Positions 23,790-36,788 of a stretch of DNA of 64,000 nucleotides are shown piece after piece; within the stretch, counting starts at the first letter, position 1; every line of letters starts with the position of its first letter. The stretch covers positions 10,540,001-10,604,000 of the forward strand of contig JBHGNT010000004.1 of NCBI GenBank assembly GCA_043228905.1, given 5' to 3'. The notes beneath the pieces are model-generated. The model was not told the DNA's origin. It was given only the letters and a program-made list of their open reading frames with translations, and did not search any database. The position numbers were made by a program, and so were the translations under genes. The stretch comes from Azolla caroliniana (Eukaryota > Plantae > Polypodiophyta).

Positions 23790-26251
23790 TCAGTCTTCCT
23801 CCAAAATATCGAGCACACTCTGCTCGATGGTGCCAAGTGGTGCTTCTTCCTCCTGTTCCTGTTCCTTGCCTGCCTGGTCTCCGACCTCCGGTTGGGTAGG
23901 TTGTTCCGTAAAAATTTGCTGCTCCGGCTCTGCTTGAGTCTGTGGTGCCGGTGCTTCCTCACCGCTTCGTCCGGGTTCTTCTGGTTCTCCCTCCGTTCTT
24001 GGCTCTGTTCTGTTACCGGTGTTGCTTTCTCCGGTCTCGACTCGTCGACTCGATATGCCTCCTTCCTCTGCTCTGGTGTCTTTCGGTCTCAGCTCTTCTT
24101 CTTCTCCGGCATTGGTCTGCTCCTGCTCTTCTTCATGTTCGTCTTTGGGTATTCCTCGTCGGGGTTGTTCGGTGTCGGTTGGTTCATCTTCAGCCAGTCG
24201 CTCTCCCCCACTTATCGTGATTGGCGTCGTTCTTCCCTTAGCTTCCTGTCGTAACCGGTCCTGCTCGTATCTCTCCAACTCCAACTGAGTTGCGAGCTGC
24301 CCATCATCCAACCTCTCTACCAACCCTCGGATTTCTTTGAGGTGTTCTTCTGCTAAAGTGTAGAAATCCTCCGACAATTCTTCCCGAATGGCGACAATAC
24401 TTTCTTCATCCATCTTGTAGAACTTGTCACCGGTCTTCCTCCGATTCTCGGCATCCGCTCGGAGTGTCTGCAGCTCGGCTGCCTATTGTGACCACTCCTT
24501 CCATAGCTTTTCCGTATTTTCGTTGATGCTTGCCTGAGCTCGGGTACTCCATCCTGACATGATGAGCTTGATCCGGTCAACCCCTGCCTTAGCATGCGCA
24601 TAAGCTTCCTGCTTTTCCTTCCTTGCCCGTTTTATAATGTCGGCCATTATCTGAGCTTGGGCCTCGTAATCTGCTTTCTGCTTTTCATAGGTACTCTGCA
24701 GTTTGCTGATTGTGAAGGTCGATTTTTCCTTTTCTTCATTCCTGATCTTGGTCAGGTCCAGCTTTTCCCGCCTTAGCGCCTCTAATTCCTTCCTTCTCTC
24801 CGTTGCTTGGGCTATTTCCGCCGACAATGCTTCCTTGTTGGCACTGACCTCATCCATCGCCTTAGCCAAGTCTAATCGGGTCTCTTTGAGCTGCTCTTTC
24901 AGCTTCTCTATTTGCCGGTCGTAGTCTGCTGCCCGTTTTTTGTTGTCCGACTCGGCCTGCTTGTGATCTCGGTAGAGACGGTCGAAGTCCTCCGTCTTCT
25001 GCTTCAGGCGTCGGGTTGCCTGAGCTCTTAACCGATCGTCCCGGTCCTTCTGTTGTCAGAATTCTTCCTGCAGTCGTTCTATCTCTTGCTCGGCATGTCG
25101 TCGTTGTCGGTCCTTCTCCTTTTGCAGCTTCTCTTTTTCGTCTTGGAGTCAGTCATTAGCGGCTCGACCTTTCCGGAGGCCTTCTTCCATTTTTCGTCTG
25201 TCGTCCTCCACCGCTTTCCGCTGCTCCCTTTCTCTTTCCCTTAATGCCTCCTGAGCTTTTAACTCCTCTCGTAAGGTTTCTATTATTTTTTCGGTCTCAG
25301 GGCCGGTTTGCAAGGCTACCGGTTCCGGTTCCGGTTCTGGTTGCTTCCTTGTTGTCCCGACCGGCTCGGTGACAACTTGTGCTTGTTGAATTCCTTCCCT
25401 TGCCTGCAACAGCTCCCCTTGCATTTACTCGATCTGTGTTCGGAGCGCAACCAACTCCTGAGTTGTTGTATGCATCAGCTGTTGCCTACACGTTTCTTCT
25501 TTCTCTAACTGGTCTGCTACTCCCGATAACTGCTCCGAAAGCCATCTCAGCCATTGTGGCTTTGTTCTTCCGGTGTCGGGGTGGCCTTGCTCACTTAAGT
25601 CAGGCTGATTTTCCGGCCTCTTCTCTGGCTCCGGCTCCGGCGCTTGTTCCTTCTTCTTCTCTGGGATGACCGGTTCTCTGAAGTCCGGCCCAACCGGTGT
25701 CGATGCTGCTTCCCTGGGTACGGGTTCCGATGTTGTTTCCGCCTCGGCTACTGGAGATGGTCCTTGCGCCCTCTGTTGAGTTCTGTCCACTGGTGGAGCC
25801 GGTCCTTTTGCCCGTTTCTCCCGACCTTGTCTTGCTGGGAGTCTTACCAATGGTTCGGATGAGTCTTCTGTTTCAGCTTCCTCCTCCGGTGCGACTACCA
25901 GACAGACCTTTTGTATAAAGACCTCTGGTTCTGGTTCCGGTCGTCGCAGCGTTATATGGATTGGTTTTCGCGCTACCGGTTCCTCCTCGGCCGCTTTCCC
26001 TTTGCCTTTACCTGCCGGTTTTGCCTTTGTTGCCGGTTCCTGTTGCTGTCGGGATGGTCCTTCCCCCTGCTGTTCTGCTTCTTGCTGGGTCCATCCGGGG
26101 GTGTGTTTCTCCAAGATCTGTCGGCGCTTTGTGACCTTTTTCGGCGTCGTCTCCTGCCGACCTCTTTTCTTTTGTGTGATGGGGAGCACCGCAGCAATCC
26201 TTTTAACCCGTTCTCCCTCATCCATTGGCGTGCCTCTTCCGACAGTACCAT
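23790..26251 (-). pseudogene. Extra ORF of D (internal deletion in N-terminal domain, stops)
   Basis: LSEEARQWMRENGLKGLLR, WLRWLSEQ, coiled coils, LWKEWSQ and terminal EQSVLDILEED. Confidence 0.8.
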
Positions 26252-26725
26252 TGTTTCGAATTCTTCGTCTGCTGCCTGTTGTTCGGGATCGCGTTGTGTG
26301 TGCTCTGTGCGTCGGGTCGCTATTCTGTGCTTCTGCGCCTATATGTAGGAAAATTCGTAAAAAGTCAGCCCTTCGCAGGCCTGTGTCTTATATAGTGGGT
26401 TGTGCCTCGAGCCGCCCTTTTTCGTTTCCCGCGCATGTTCCTCTCCCGCCATAATTAGTATGTCCTTTCTTGTTTGCCGCGTGTGAGTGCCCACGTTCCA
26501 TGCTTTAAATAACAAGTCCGCGCACGTCCTTCTTTAGTGCATGGCGCCTCTTCGTTGCATGGTGGCACTCCCACCTCTTGTGATCTCCCCATCATTACGA
26601 TGATTCGCGTCGATTTTGCCCACGTCATTTTTTATTTTTTTTTATTTTTTTATTTTTATTTTTTTTTAATTTTATTTTTTATTTTATTTTTATTTTATTT
26701 TAATTTTCCTTTTGCTTGGACCACG

Positions 26726-29700
26726 TCATTTGCTGGTCCCCCCCGATTTGTTCGGGTCGGTTCGTGTGGATACCGGATCCTTCTGTCGGTTTTCTGGGAT
26801 AGTCTTCGTCAGTATCGGTGTCGGTTCTTCCTCGGTTCGAATATCTTCAGCAGCGTCTGTCGGTGTCGGTTCCTCATCTTGCCGGATTTCCGGGTTTCGC
26901 TTGAACAGGTTGGCTGCCATATTTCCCTTATACGGCTTTAGCCGAAATCCATTTGCCCACTTGCCGATGACATCTCCAGACAACGTACCGAGCTGATACG
27001 ACCCATTGTACTCCTTGGTGATCCAGAACGGTCCGGTCCATCGAAACCGCAACTTTCCCGGCATGTTCCCCATCTGTGTCTGGAATAGTAGCACCGGTTT
27101 CCCGACTTTGAACTCCTTTTCATTGCCACACCGGTGTCGGTCCACGAAAGCTTTTCTCCTCCTTTGCTCCAGTTCGAGTTGTAGTAAGCTGGCTATTCGG
27201 TTTTCTTCTAATTCCAACAACGTCGCCAGCCGGATTCGTTCAGACTCGTTCTCACTTAAGCGCTCTTTCACCTGAATCCATAAGCTTGGGATCTGGAACT
27301 CTACCGGCATGACCGCTTCTAACCCGAATGCTAGTCGAAACGGGGTTGTCCGGATGCTGGTTTTGTACGTTGTTCGGTACGCCCATAGCGCGCTTTGCAA
27401 TTTCGTATCCCAGTCGGTCCGGTTTTCGTTGATGATTTTTCGTAGGATGTTCTGCAGAGTTTTGTTCGTTGATTCCGCTAGTCCATTGGCTTGAGGGTAG
27501 TAGGGAGTACTCTTTTTATGTACCACCGCGTAAAATGACGTCAGGCTTTCTACTACCTGCCCGAGAAAATGTCCTCCTTGGTCACTTATAAGCTCGATCG
27601 GGCATCCATACCGGCACCATATGCACTGGTACAGAAACTTTGCCGTGGACGCGGCCGTGTTGTCCCGTAAGGCCTTTGCTTCTACCCATTTGGTGCAATA
27701 GTCGATCGCCACTATGACATACCGATTTCCGGTTCGCATTGCCGGTGGTTTGAAGGGATCGACAAAGTCCAACCCCCACTTTTGAAACGGTTCTAAGGGC
27801 AAGACCGGGTGGTGTGGCATCCGGGCCTACTCTGTGGGTTGGCCCAGTCGTTGACACAAATCGCATTCTCTGCTATACTTCACGGCATCTTTTAGGGTGG
27901 TCGGCCACCACAGTCCGCTCTGCCATATTTTCCGAGCGGTTGCGTCGCCGGCATAATGCCCGCCGGCAATTCCACAGTGGGCTTCCCTGAGGATTAGATC
28001 CTTCTCATCGCTCCGCACTGCTCGTCTCCAGATGCCATCTGCCCCCTTGTGATAGAGGGTGTCTCCAACCAAGCAGAAATGTCTACTTCTTACTACTACC
28101 CTTTTCCTTTCATCGCGGTCCATGTTCTCCGGGGGAACTCCGGTGCTCAAGAACTAATGCATCTCAGTTAGCCATGTGTCTTCATCGGCTACCGTTGTAT
28201 CCATTGCCGGTTTCGTCGTGATCCGGAACAATTCGGCGTCGGGAAACTCATCCTGGACGCCATCCCCTGCTTCTCCGGATTCGAGTCTGCTTAGATAGTC
28301 CGCTACCGCATGCTGTGCCCCGAGTCGGTGGAAAATGTCGAATTCAAATTCCTGTAGTAGTAGTGTCCACCGTGCAATTTTTCCTGTCAGGGATGCCTTC
28401 GAGACCAGGTAGAGTAGTGCCGAATGGTCGACATGGAAGGAAAACTTCCTTCCGAGCAGATAGTGCCTGTACTTTGTGACACTATACACCATTCCCAATG
28501 CCTCGCGTTCCATCGTAGAGTAATTCCGTTCGGCTTTTGAGAGTTTCCGGCTTGCGTAGTACACCGGTCGGTACCATTTCGGCTCCGTGAGTTGCATCAG
28601 AATGCTGCCGATTGCTACGTCCGACGCGTCGACGAAGACGTGAAAGCTTTTACTCCAATCCGGCGGTTGCACCACCGGAGCTTGCGACAACATAACCTTC
28701 AACGCTTTGTAGGATTCCTCCTCCGTCTCTGCCCATAGGAAGGGTACCCTATGTACGGCGGTATGTAACGGTGTAGCGAAGTCCGCGAGGTGCCGTATCA
28801 TCCGGCTATGCCACCTTATTTGGCCTAGGAACCGGCTTAAACCCTTTGCGTTACTTGGTGCTGGTGCATCGAGAATCGCCTTGACTTTATCCGGATCTAC
28901 CGCGATTCCTTCCTTACTCACCACGTGCCCTAGCAAGTTGCCGCTTGCCACTCCAAAGACGCACTTGGCCGGATTCAGGCTCGATCGGTACTCGCGGCAC
29001 TTCTCCAAGCACAGCCGGAGGTGATCGAGATGCTCTCTGTGCCGGCTGTAGACCGCGAAATCGTCAAGGAAGACCTGCATAAAACCGGGGATATATTCCC
29101 CGAAAATTTCCATTATTATCCTTTGAAAGGTCACTGGAGCCGTTTTTAGTCCGAACATCATCACGACCGCGACGAACACTCCCCATTCCGTCACGAACGT
29201 TGTCTTCTCTTGGTCGGCCGGGTTCATTCGTATTTGGTTGTAGCCGCTAAATCCATCCAGGAAGCTGTAAACTTCGTGCCCGGCTACCGCATCTAACACC
29301 CCGTCCGTAAATGGTAGTGGAAACGCATCGGTCACTGTTGCGGCATTTAGTTTTCGGTAGTCCACGCATACCCGGATTTTGCCGTTCTTTTTCGGGACCA
29401 CCATTATCGGACTTAGCCAGGTTGCCTGCTTGACCAGTCGGATAAATCCGACCCGGAGGAGCTTATCAATTTCCTCCTTCACCTTTGCCGCATAATTCGG
29501 ATTCATCCGGTACCTGCGTTGAGCAATCGGTTTTGCGTCCGTACTTAGGTGAATTTGGTGCTGATAGAGCTGGGGGTCCAGCCCTCGCATGTCTTCGTAC
29601 GACCACGCGAACACATCCTTGAAGTCTGTTAATAATGCTACCATTGCCTTCTTTTCTTCCTTCGGCAATTCCTTTGCAACATTTACCGGTCGGGGCTTGT

Positions 29701-32659
29701 CTGCTGTGCCGAGGTCCACCTCCTCGAGTTGGGATGCTTTTACCCTCTGGGATATCGTCATTTCCCTCTCTAGGGATTCCTACGCTTGTCGCAGTTCCCG
29801 GATCGCCGCTTGGTCCGGTTCATCCGGCGTCGTAATGTACGGTTCTATTGCCGCCGTGATATCCACCTCAAATAGTGGGACGATTCGTGGGTGTTCCTCG
29901 AGGTACCGCTCGACTTCCTCGTCCGGTAATCCCTCCAACATGTTAATGCTTTCCGCATATAATGGAGTTGCTTCCTTACTGGTGATCACCCGTGGTTGCG
30001 TCGTTACTCGTACCTTTGTTTTCCCTCGCCGGAATGTGATCATGTTCTTTTGCCAGTTCTGCTTGATATGCGCTGTTCGCAGCCATGGTCTTCCTAGCAG
30101 TAGGGGTTATGCGCCTTGTACATTCAGCTGCAGCACCACGGCCAATATCCGGAATACGTGGCCTCCGATCGTTATTTCCAAATCCCGGATAAGCCCGGTC
30201 GGTCGAACTGAGCTATTATCCGCCATGCGTAACCAGAAGGGGCATGGTTCCCATTCCCGGATGCCCAGGTCGTTGCATGTCTGTTGGCTGATGACATTTA
30301 CCCCGGAGCCTCCGTCAATAATCGTTCCAGCAATTTCCTTTCCTTTCACGATTGCCGTGATCGCCGGGCTACTTGTATCAACCACCGCTGGTCCTTCCTC
30401 CGGGTTGGAGAAGAATGCCGGTGTTGGCGTCGGCTTCGGTTTGCTGACGGATGCCTGTAGGTCTGCCGTAAATCGTGGCACTAACTGTAGTAGTCGTGCT
30501 AACGGCAGCACGATTTGACAGTCCTGTAGAGCTTGCCACGTCGGGTTTTCTCCTGGCTGTATGATTTCTTCGTCTTTTGGCATATTTTGGTCTCTTACTT
30601 CCGCCGCATTCTGTTCATTGGCCTCCTTGATCCATTGTGCCGCTTGTTTTCTGATTGCCTCCTGGGCTTCCCACTCGGCGGTCTTTCCCTTTGACCGGGT
30701 TGTGACCTGCTGTACTTCTGTTATTTCGGTTGTAACCATGTTGACTTCCGGCTGCTTGTCATTGGTTTTGCTTGGGCATTGGTTACTATAGTGGCCTTCC
30801 TTACGGCAGTAATAACAGTACACCTTGTGACTGTTGCTCGTTTCTCCTTTGTCCCCGGTTTGGAGGGTGGGTATGCTCCGGCGGTCGTCTTCGGTTTTTC
30901 GGTTATCCGGTACCGATACCGGGTTGCCATTCCTTGCTGCCTCCCGACGTTCCTCTCTTCGGAAAAATCCACGCTTCTGATTTCGTCGGAAATTTCGGTT
31001 CCCTTGTCGCCTCTCTTCTCTACGTCGGTCGTATTCCGGGGATTCGTCTCGGTCGTACCGGTCCCGGGGGTAGCTATCTCTGCGTGTCTGCTCTCGGTCA
31101 TAGTTGTCGCGTCTTCTATCAGCGTATCCTTGTTGCCTCTCTTCTCTGCGTCAGTCGTATTCCGGGGATTCGTCTCTGTCGTACTGGTCCCGGGGGTAGC
31201 TATCTCTGCGTTTCTCCTCTCGGTCATAGTTGTCGCGTCTTCTATCAGCGTATCTGTTACCGCGTTCGCGTTGGTAGCGGTCGTCTCTCCGGAATCGATC
31301 CTCGTCCCGGTTCTGATTGCGCGGTTCTATGTGTCGAACCGGTGCTGCCTGTCGATTTAACAGGTTATACTCGCATCGGTCCGTTGTATGGGCTCGAGAG
31401 TTGCAGATCACACATTGTGTCCGCAGGGTGCAGTCTACTGTTGAGTGCCCCGAATTTAGGCATGTTGTACATTGTAAGGCCTGTCGGAACCTCAGGTCTT
31501 CCTCCTTCGGGAGTGCCCGGTGTAACATCCCCATCGACAAGAAGGGGCTAGTCTTGTCCATTTCTAAAACCCGATCAATAACTTGGTCCATTGTGCTGGT
31601 TTGGAAATCAAGGACTCCGCACATTGTTCGAAGTGGCTCTTTCAGTGCGGCCAAAAAGACTGCTTTGGCTTCGTCTTCGGGTGGTGCTCTTGTCAGTTGG
31701 CTGTGCAGGGTCTGAAACCGAATGATGAATCGTGGCACAGTCTCGTTCTCTTCCTGGCGGGTGGTGTAGAACTGCCCGACCAATTCCCTTTGCTCAAATT
31801 GTCTGTGAAAAAGCCTGAGGAATCTGGCCTTCAAGGCATCGAATGTGGCAAAGCTGCCCGGTAAGTGCTTTGCGTGCCATTGGGCCGCCGGTCCTTCTAA
31901 GGTTATGCCGAATTCGGCGACTTTGGATCGTTCGGCTTCGGGCTCCGTCAGTCTTTGGGAGATATAGTTGGCTTCCCATGTTTGGAGGAATGCATACACG
32001 TGTGCCTCCGCGTCGGCCTCATCCTGGTACTTTGGGTATGGGTACGGCATCGTGTCGTCCAACTGACTCTCCTTTTTCCTTCGCTCTCTGTCCGCTGTTG
32101 GCGTTGGTGTGAGAACCTTTGGTTCCTCCGCGGGTGTTGCCGGTGTCCGGTCCGTTGGTTCCTCCGCGGGTGTTGTCGGTATCCGCTCCTTCGGTTCCTT
32201 CGCGGTTGTTGTCGGTATCCGGTCAGCCTTCCTTGGCGATTGCCGGTCACCGAATTCCAGGGTTATTTCTTCCTCTGGCGCCGGTGTTACTAAGTCTTCC
32301 GACCCCTCGTCCTCCCGGTCGTTTGGTGTGTCGTGGCTGCTTTTATACCGGGACGCAACGCTTCCGTCGCTTTCCAACTCCGCCTCAAGTGTTGCGAATG
32401 CTTCCGAGTCCCCGTCGCCCGCGGCGAGCGTCTGCAATATCGTTTCCGCCTCTTGCAGGCTTGTTATGCTACTGCCTTCGTCGGGGATTTGCAGAACCCG
32501 GAACTGCAGTGCTTCTTCTGCGACTCTCCGAAGAGTTTTGGAGAATGACCGATCCCGCCGGATCTCGTCGACGGCTTGCTGCAAGGCTTCCCGTCGTTGC
32601 TCGCGTTCGGTGTATCGTCTCCCTCGTTCGGTGATGTGGTCGTCGTTTGGTCTAGACAT
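26726..32659 (-). pseudogene. D gag-pol (few stops)
   Basis: Gag with CCHC knuckles, IIDGGSGVNVI protease, FLDDF RT, RNase H, and HHCC/DDE integrase with GPF motif. Confidence 0.93.
31003..31254. repeat. 2 x 126-bp in-frame tandem repeat in the Arg/Asp-rich part of D gag
   Basis: The unit CTTGTCGCCTCTCTTCTC...AGCGTATC starts at 31003 and 31129. Confidence 0.85.
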
Positions 32660-33106
32660 CCATCCCCCGGTTGTCCTCTGCACTTTGCAGGAATCGTGGT
32701 CGCCAAAATAGTGTTGTCTGTCTGGCCGGACTAGCCTCAACATAGGTGTCTATCCGACACTTCTCCAAAGGGGTGGTAAGGGTTGGATGCTAGGTTACAC
32801 GCGTAAGATGATTACAATTAAGCACAGACGATAAACCATACGAGATACAGATAAGCACATAATAATTACTATTGTATTACTTCCGTCCCAACCCTTTACA
32901 AATCATCGGATCCTTTTATAGGCATCCGGCAAGGTTGCAATCGGTGAGCTTAGGCAACCGACATCCGAATCGGTCCAGATCCGGATCGGTACAACTGTAC
33001 CGGATCCGTCCCTCCGAATAATAATTCTGCTATTATTTACTTCCTATTATCCGATCCGATTCCGCCTTCCCACTTGTCCTTGCTCTTCTGACCGGCCAAC
33101 ACGTTC

Positions 33107-33676
33107 CAGTTAGCGTTCGGACTAGAGGCGGTAATGCCGGTGGAATTCCAAGTACCCAGCTTACAGATCGAGCTACGGGAACGGCTGAACGAGAAGGAGT
33201 CGGAGGCAATACGATTAACAGCGTTGTGTGAACTCGAGGAACAACGATTGACAAGCATCCTGCACTTAGAATTGGAACAACGGCGACGGAAAGCATTTGT
33301 CGACCGGCACAGGAAAGGAAATGAAAAAATGTTCGCAATCGCCAAGCCGGTGTTAGTATTTCAGACCCGGATGGGCAAGATGCCAGGTAAACTACGGTTT
33401 AGATGGACCGGTCCGTATTGGCTGACACGTGAGTATAATGGGTCCTACCAGTTAGGGACACTTGCCGGTGAAGTGCTAGGCAAATGGGTCAACGGATTCC
33501 GATTGAAGCCATATAGAGGACCGATGCCCAAAAACCCATTTGAGAAAAGGACCGACACCGGTGCGGAAACGACAACCTATGAGGGAAACGGCAACCACCA
33601 AGACGGCAGAGACGGGGAGCTGGTAACTGGGGAGAATGAGGCCGGTAAGGGTCCGATAGGACCAACGGACAAGTAA
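33107..33676 (+). pseudogene. C integrase C-terminus
   Basis: Continues TTPF|QLAFGLEAVMPVEF across the D insertion; contains KLRFRWTGPY. Confidence 0.92.
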
Positions 33677-33702
33677 CCTCACACTAACAGTAAAAATAAT
33701 AA

Positions 33703-33733
<31 letters not shown>

Positions 33734-33999
33734 AACGAAGTAATCATGCAAAAGCGAGGTATGAATGGACGAGAGAGCGAGGAGCGAAAAAGTACGTAGT
33801 GGGCATTTAAGTGCCACCACAGGACATAATGCTATTTTAGTTCACGACGTGCACACACTCGAAAAAGGCGCCAGAATGCACAGAGAAAAACCACTGCGCG
33901 CGGAGACCCTCTACTTTCGCGAACCCAGGAGCACAGAAGCACCAAGGCGCTGGAAGATCATCAGACGAGAACCTACGCACAAAGAACCCCCTCTTTCTG

Positions 34000-36788
34000 A
34001 ACTCTCTCTCTCTCAATCTCACTCTCATCACCATCCAACCTCGCCACCACAATCCGACCTCGACACAGACACGGACCCGCAAACGCTGTCGGAAGCCGCC
34101 AAGAAATGGCTAAAGCAACACGGGCTCGAGGGCTTCTTGATGATTATGGAGGTACCGCCACACAAAGAAGCCGACAAGGTGATCAAAGAAATCGACACAG
34201 AGGTTATAACGGGGGAGGCGGTCCGTGCGTTAACAGGCCTTCTAGAGGGAGGCATACTCACGATTGACAATCCGACCTCAGACCAACTCATCAAGTATTT
34301 TGGTGAGTACTCCCTAGCCAGCAAGGGCTACCGGACACAGGGCGGCAGAGATATGTTGTTCCGCGAGATTGACCGTGTGCTCCACGAATACGGCCATGTG
34401 TACCCCAGACCCCCTGTCATGCCGCAGAACTGGGCAAGGATGATCATCGCCACCTATGAAGGGATCAAGGTGGATTGGCCGGTATTGATCGCAGACGGTT
34501 TGTGTGCGGCGATCGAGATCGTCAGAGGAAAAGACGGCAAAGAAGACCGAGAAGGATGGAGGATATGGCACGCAGTAACGCAGTGGCTCACCTTGCTTGT
34601 GCCACCCGTCGAGCCCGTCGAGCCCAAGAAGCGGGGAAGAGTGGCGGAAGGCACCCCAAAGACGGCTTCCAAAAGACAACAGTTGTTGGCCTCTAAGGCC
34701 ACTAAGGGGAAGGCGGCGGACGCAGAACAGGCGGGAAAGGAGAGTGCCAGTTGGAAGCGGCCAACGGATGCGCAGGAGGAACCACCGGTACGGCCCGTAA
34801 AGGTTACACTCCGCCGACCGGTGAATAGAGAAGCGGACCCCTTGGCGGCAAAACTCAATGACGGGACTCAGGAAGAGGAAATAGAGGAGGAGCCTACGGA
34901 GCACCTCCAGCGACGGTTGTCGGCAAGGACTGTTGAGGCCGCCGGGAAATGTTCGGACCCTCAAACGGAGGGAACACCGGCTCCCCATACTGAGACTCCC
35001 ACACCAAGGGAGGAACCGGAACCGGTGCGCATGGCACCGGAATCAGAAGCCCCTGCACCACCGGCAACACCGACAAGTCCCATCCCGCCAGAGCCGGAAA
35101 GGTCAATGCAGCCTCCCTCGGCCAACCAAGAAGAAGCGCAAGGGGAACCAGGAAAACAGGGCGGGACCACCCATCTACAAGCGAGCCCATCCGTCAAACC
35201 TCCGTGCAAACACAACAACAAGGCACCGGTAGCCTGTGGCTCCGGTGGATAGGCGAACAGATTGTCGGAGCAGTAGGTTATATTGAGGCGGAAGAAAGAG
35301 CGCACAACGAATGGTTGCTCGCCACAACCGAACAACTAGAGACGGCCCGATCCAGAATCCGGTGCCTTCAAAAAGACTTGGATCAGGTCACGGCAGAAAT
35401 GGCCAAAATGGCCTTAACGGCAACACAGATCCAATCACCGATGACTCCGGTAAGTGTACAGAATAAAGAACCATACCAACCTATACATACTAATAAGACC
35501 CCGGCAACGGAAACCGTCCCAGACAGAGATGCGGCGCAGGCCCAGGAGCTTGCGGAATTGAGAGATGAACTTGCCGCACAAGAAGCGCTAAGGAGCCGTG
35601 AACGGGAATTAAAGACAGCGGCCGAAGCCGAATTAAAGAAGACTGCTGAGAACCTCCGCCGGGCAGAGGAGAGCAACTGGAAAGGCCATCAAGCGTACGA
35701 CCGGCTAAGGGAGGAAAAAGACAAAGTGTTGCAGGAAAAGGACAAGCTGCTGAAGACGGCGGAAACGGAAATTGAACGGCTAAAGGAAGAGCTCCGCCAG
35801 CAGAAGGACCGCGAGGACCGGGCCCGTCGACAGATCAACACACGACTCAAGCAAAAGACAGATGATTTTGAGCACCTGCACCGGGACTACAAACGGCTGG
35901 AAATGGATGGCCGAACTCCAGCAGGAAGTTGATCGAGCCGCGACGGCGATCGCCGACGAACGTGCGGAAAATACAAGACGGTTGGACGAGGCGGAGAAGG
36001 TCCGGATGGAGCTCCAGAGGCAGCAACAGGAAGAAAAGGAGAGAGCGTCAACGGTATTGCAAAAATTACAAAGCACATATCAAAGGCAATTGACGCATTA
36101 CAAGGACCAGGCGGAAGACAACGTCAAAATCATCAAGCAACCGGAGGAACGGCAAGCAGCGGAGATCAAATCGCAATTGGGAACGGGCCGGATTCAGTGC
36201 ATCCTCCGGGCATGGCTGACTCAGACAAAATGCTTGATTGACGAAAGCTCCGTAAGATGGTGGACAAAGTGGGCACAAAATGCGGCGGAACTCCAATTGC
36301 TACGGGCGGACGTGGCAAACCGGCGGAAAGAAGGAGATGATTGTTATACGTTGACTTCCGAGGACTTCACCGCCATACGGGAAGAGCTGGCCGACGACTT
36401 CCAAGTCCTGGCGAATGAACAGCTGGCGCAGGTCCGGCAACTCGTAGCTCAGCTAGACGATGATAGGCTGGAGGCTCAAATCCAGTTTGAAAGCTACGAG
36501 CGGTCCCGGGTTCGGGAAGAAAAAGCACGGGAAGCGGCAACGGTTAACCTTAGTGATAAAGAACCATTGCCGGCCGAGCGCCAGCCTGGAACTAGTCAAC
36601 CGGAGACCACTACGACGGAGACGCCGGTGTCAGAGCAACAAACGGAGGAGTAGCCGCAGCAGCCACCAAAGGACCAGTCGCAGCAGCCATCAACGGAGCA
36701 GCAACAACCACAACAACAACAACCAATTCCAGATGAACCATCGGAGACTCTCGAACAAAGCATTCTGGATATTTTGGATGAAGAATAG
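34000..36788 (+). pseudogene. Extra ORF of C (roughly 900 aa before frameshifts)
   Basis: ORFs 33765-35252, 35204-35932 and 35862-36653; ends EQSILDILDEE*. Start codon uncertain. Confidence 0.8.

Larger units (their letters stand above)
19617..33101 (-). mobile_element. Element D: three-LTR Ty3/Gypsy (full unit plus partial RT-RH-INT-extraORF unit)
   Basis: 390-bp LTRs at 19617-20006, 23350-23739 and 32712-33101. TSD CGTTC at 19612-19616 and 33102-33106. PBS TGGCGACCAC on the minus strand at 32696-32705. Confidence 0.95.

Noticed and set aside
33765-36788. env gene call for the extra ORF
   Set aside because: No signal peptide or transmembrane helix is visible; the protein is hydrophilic and coiled-coil.
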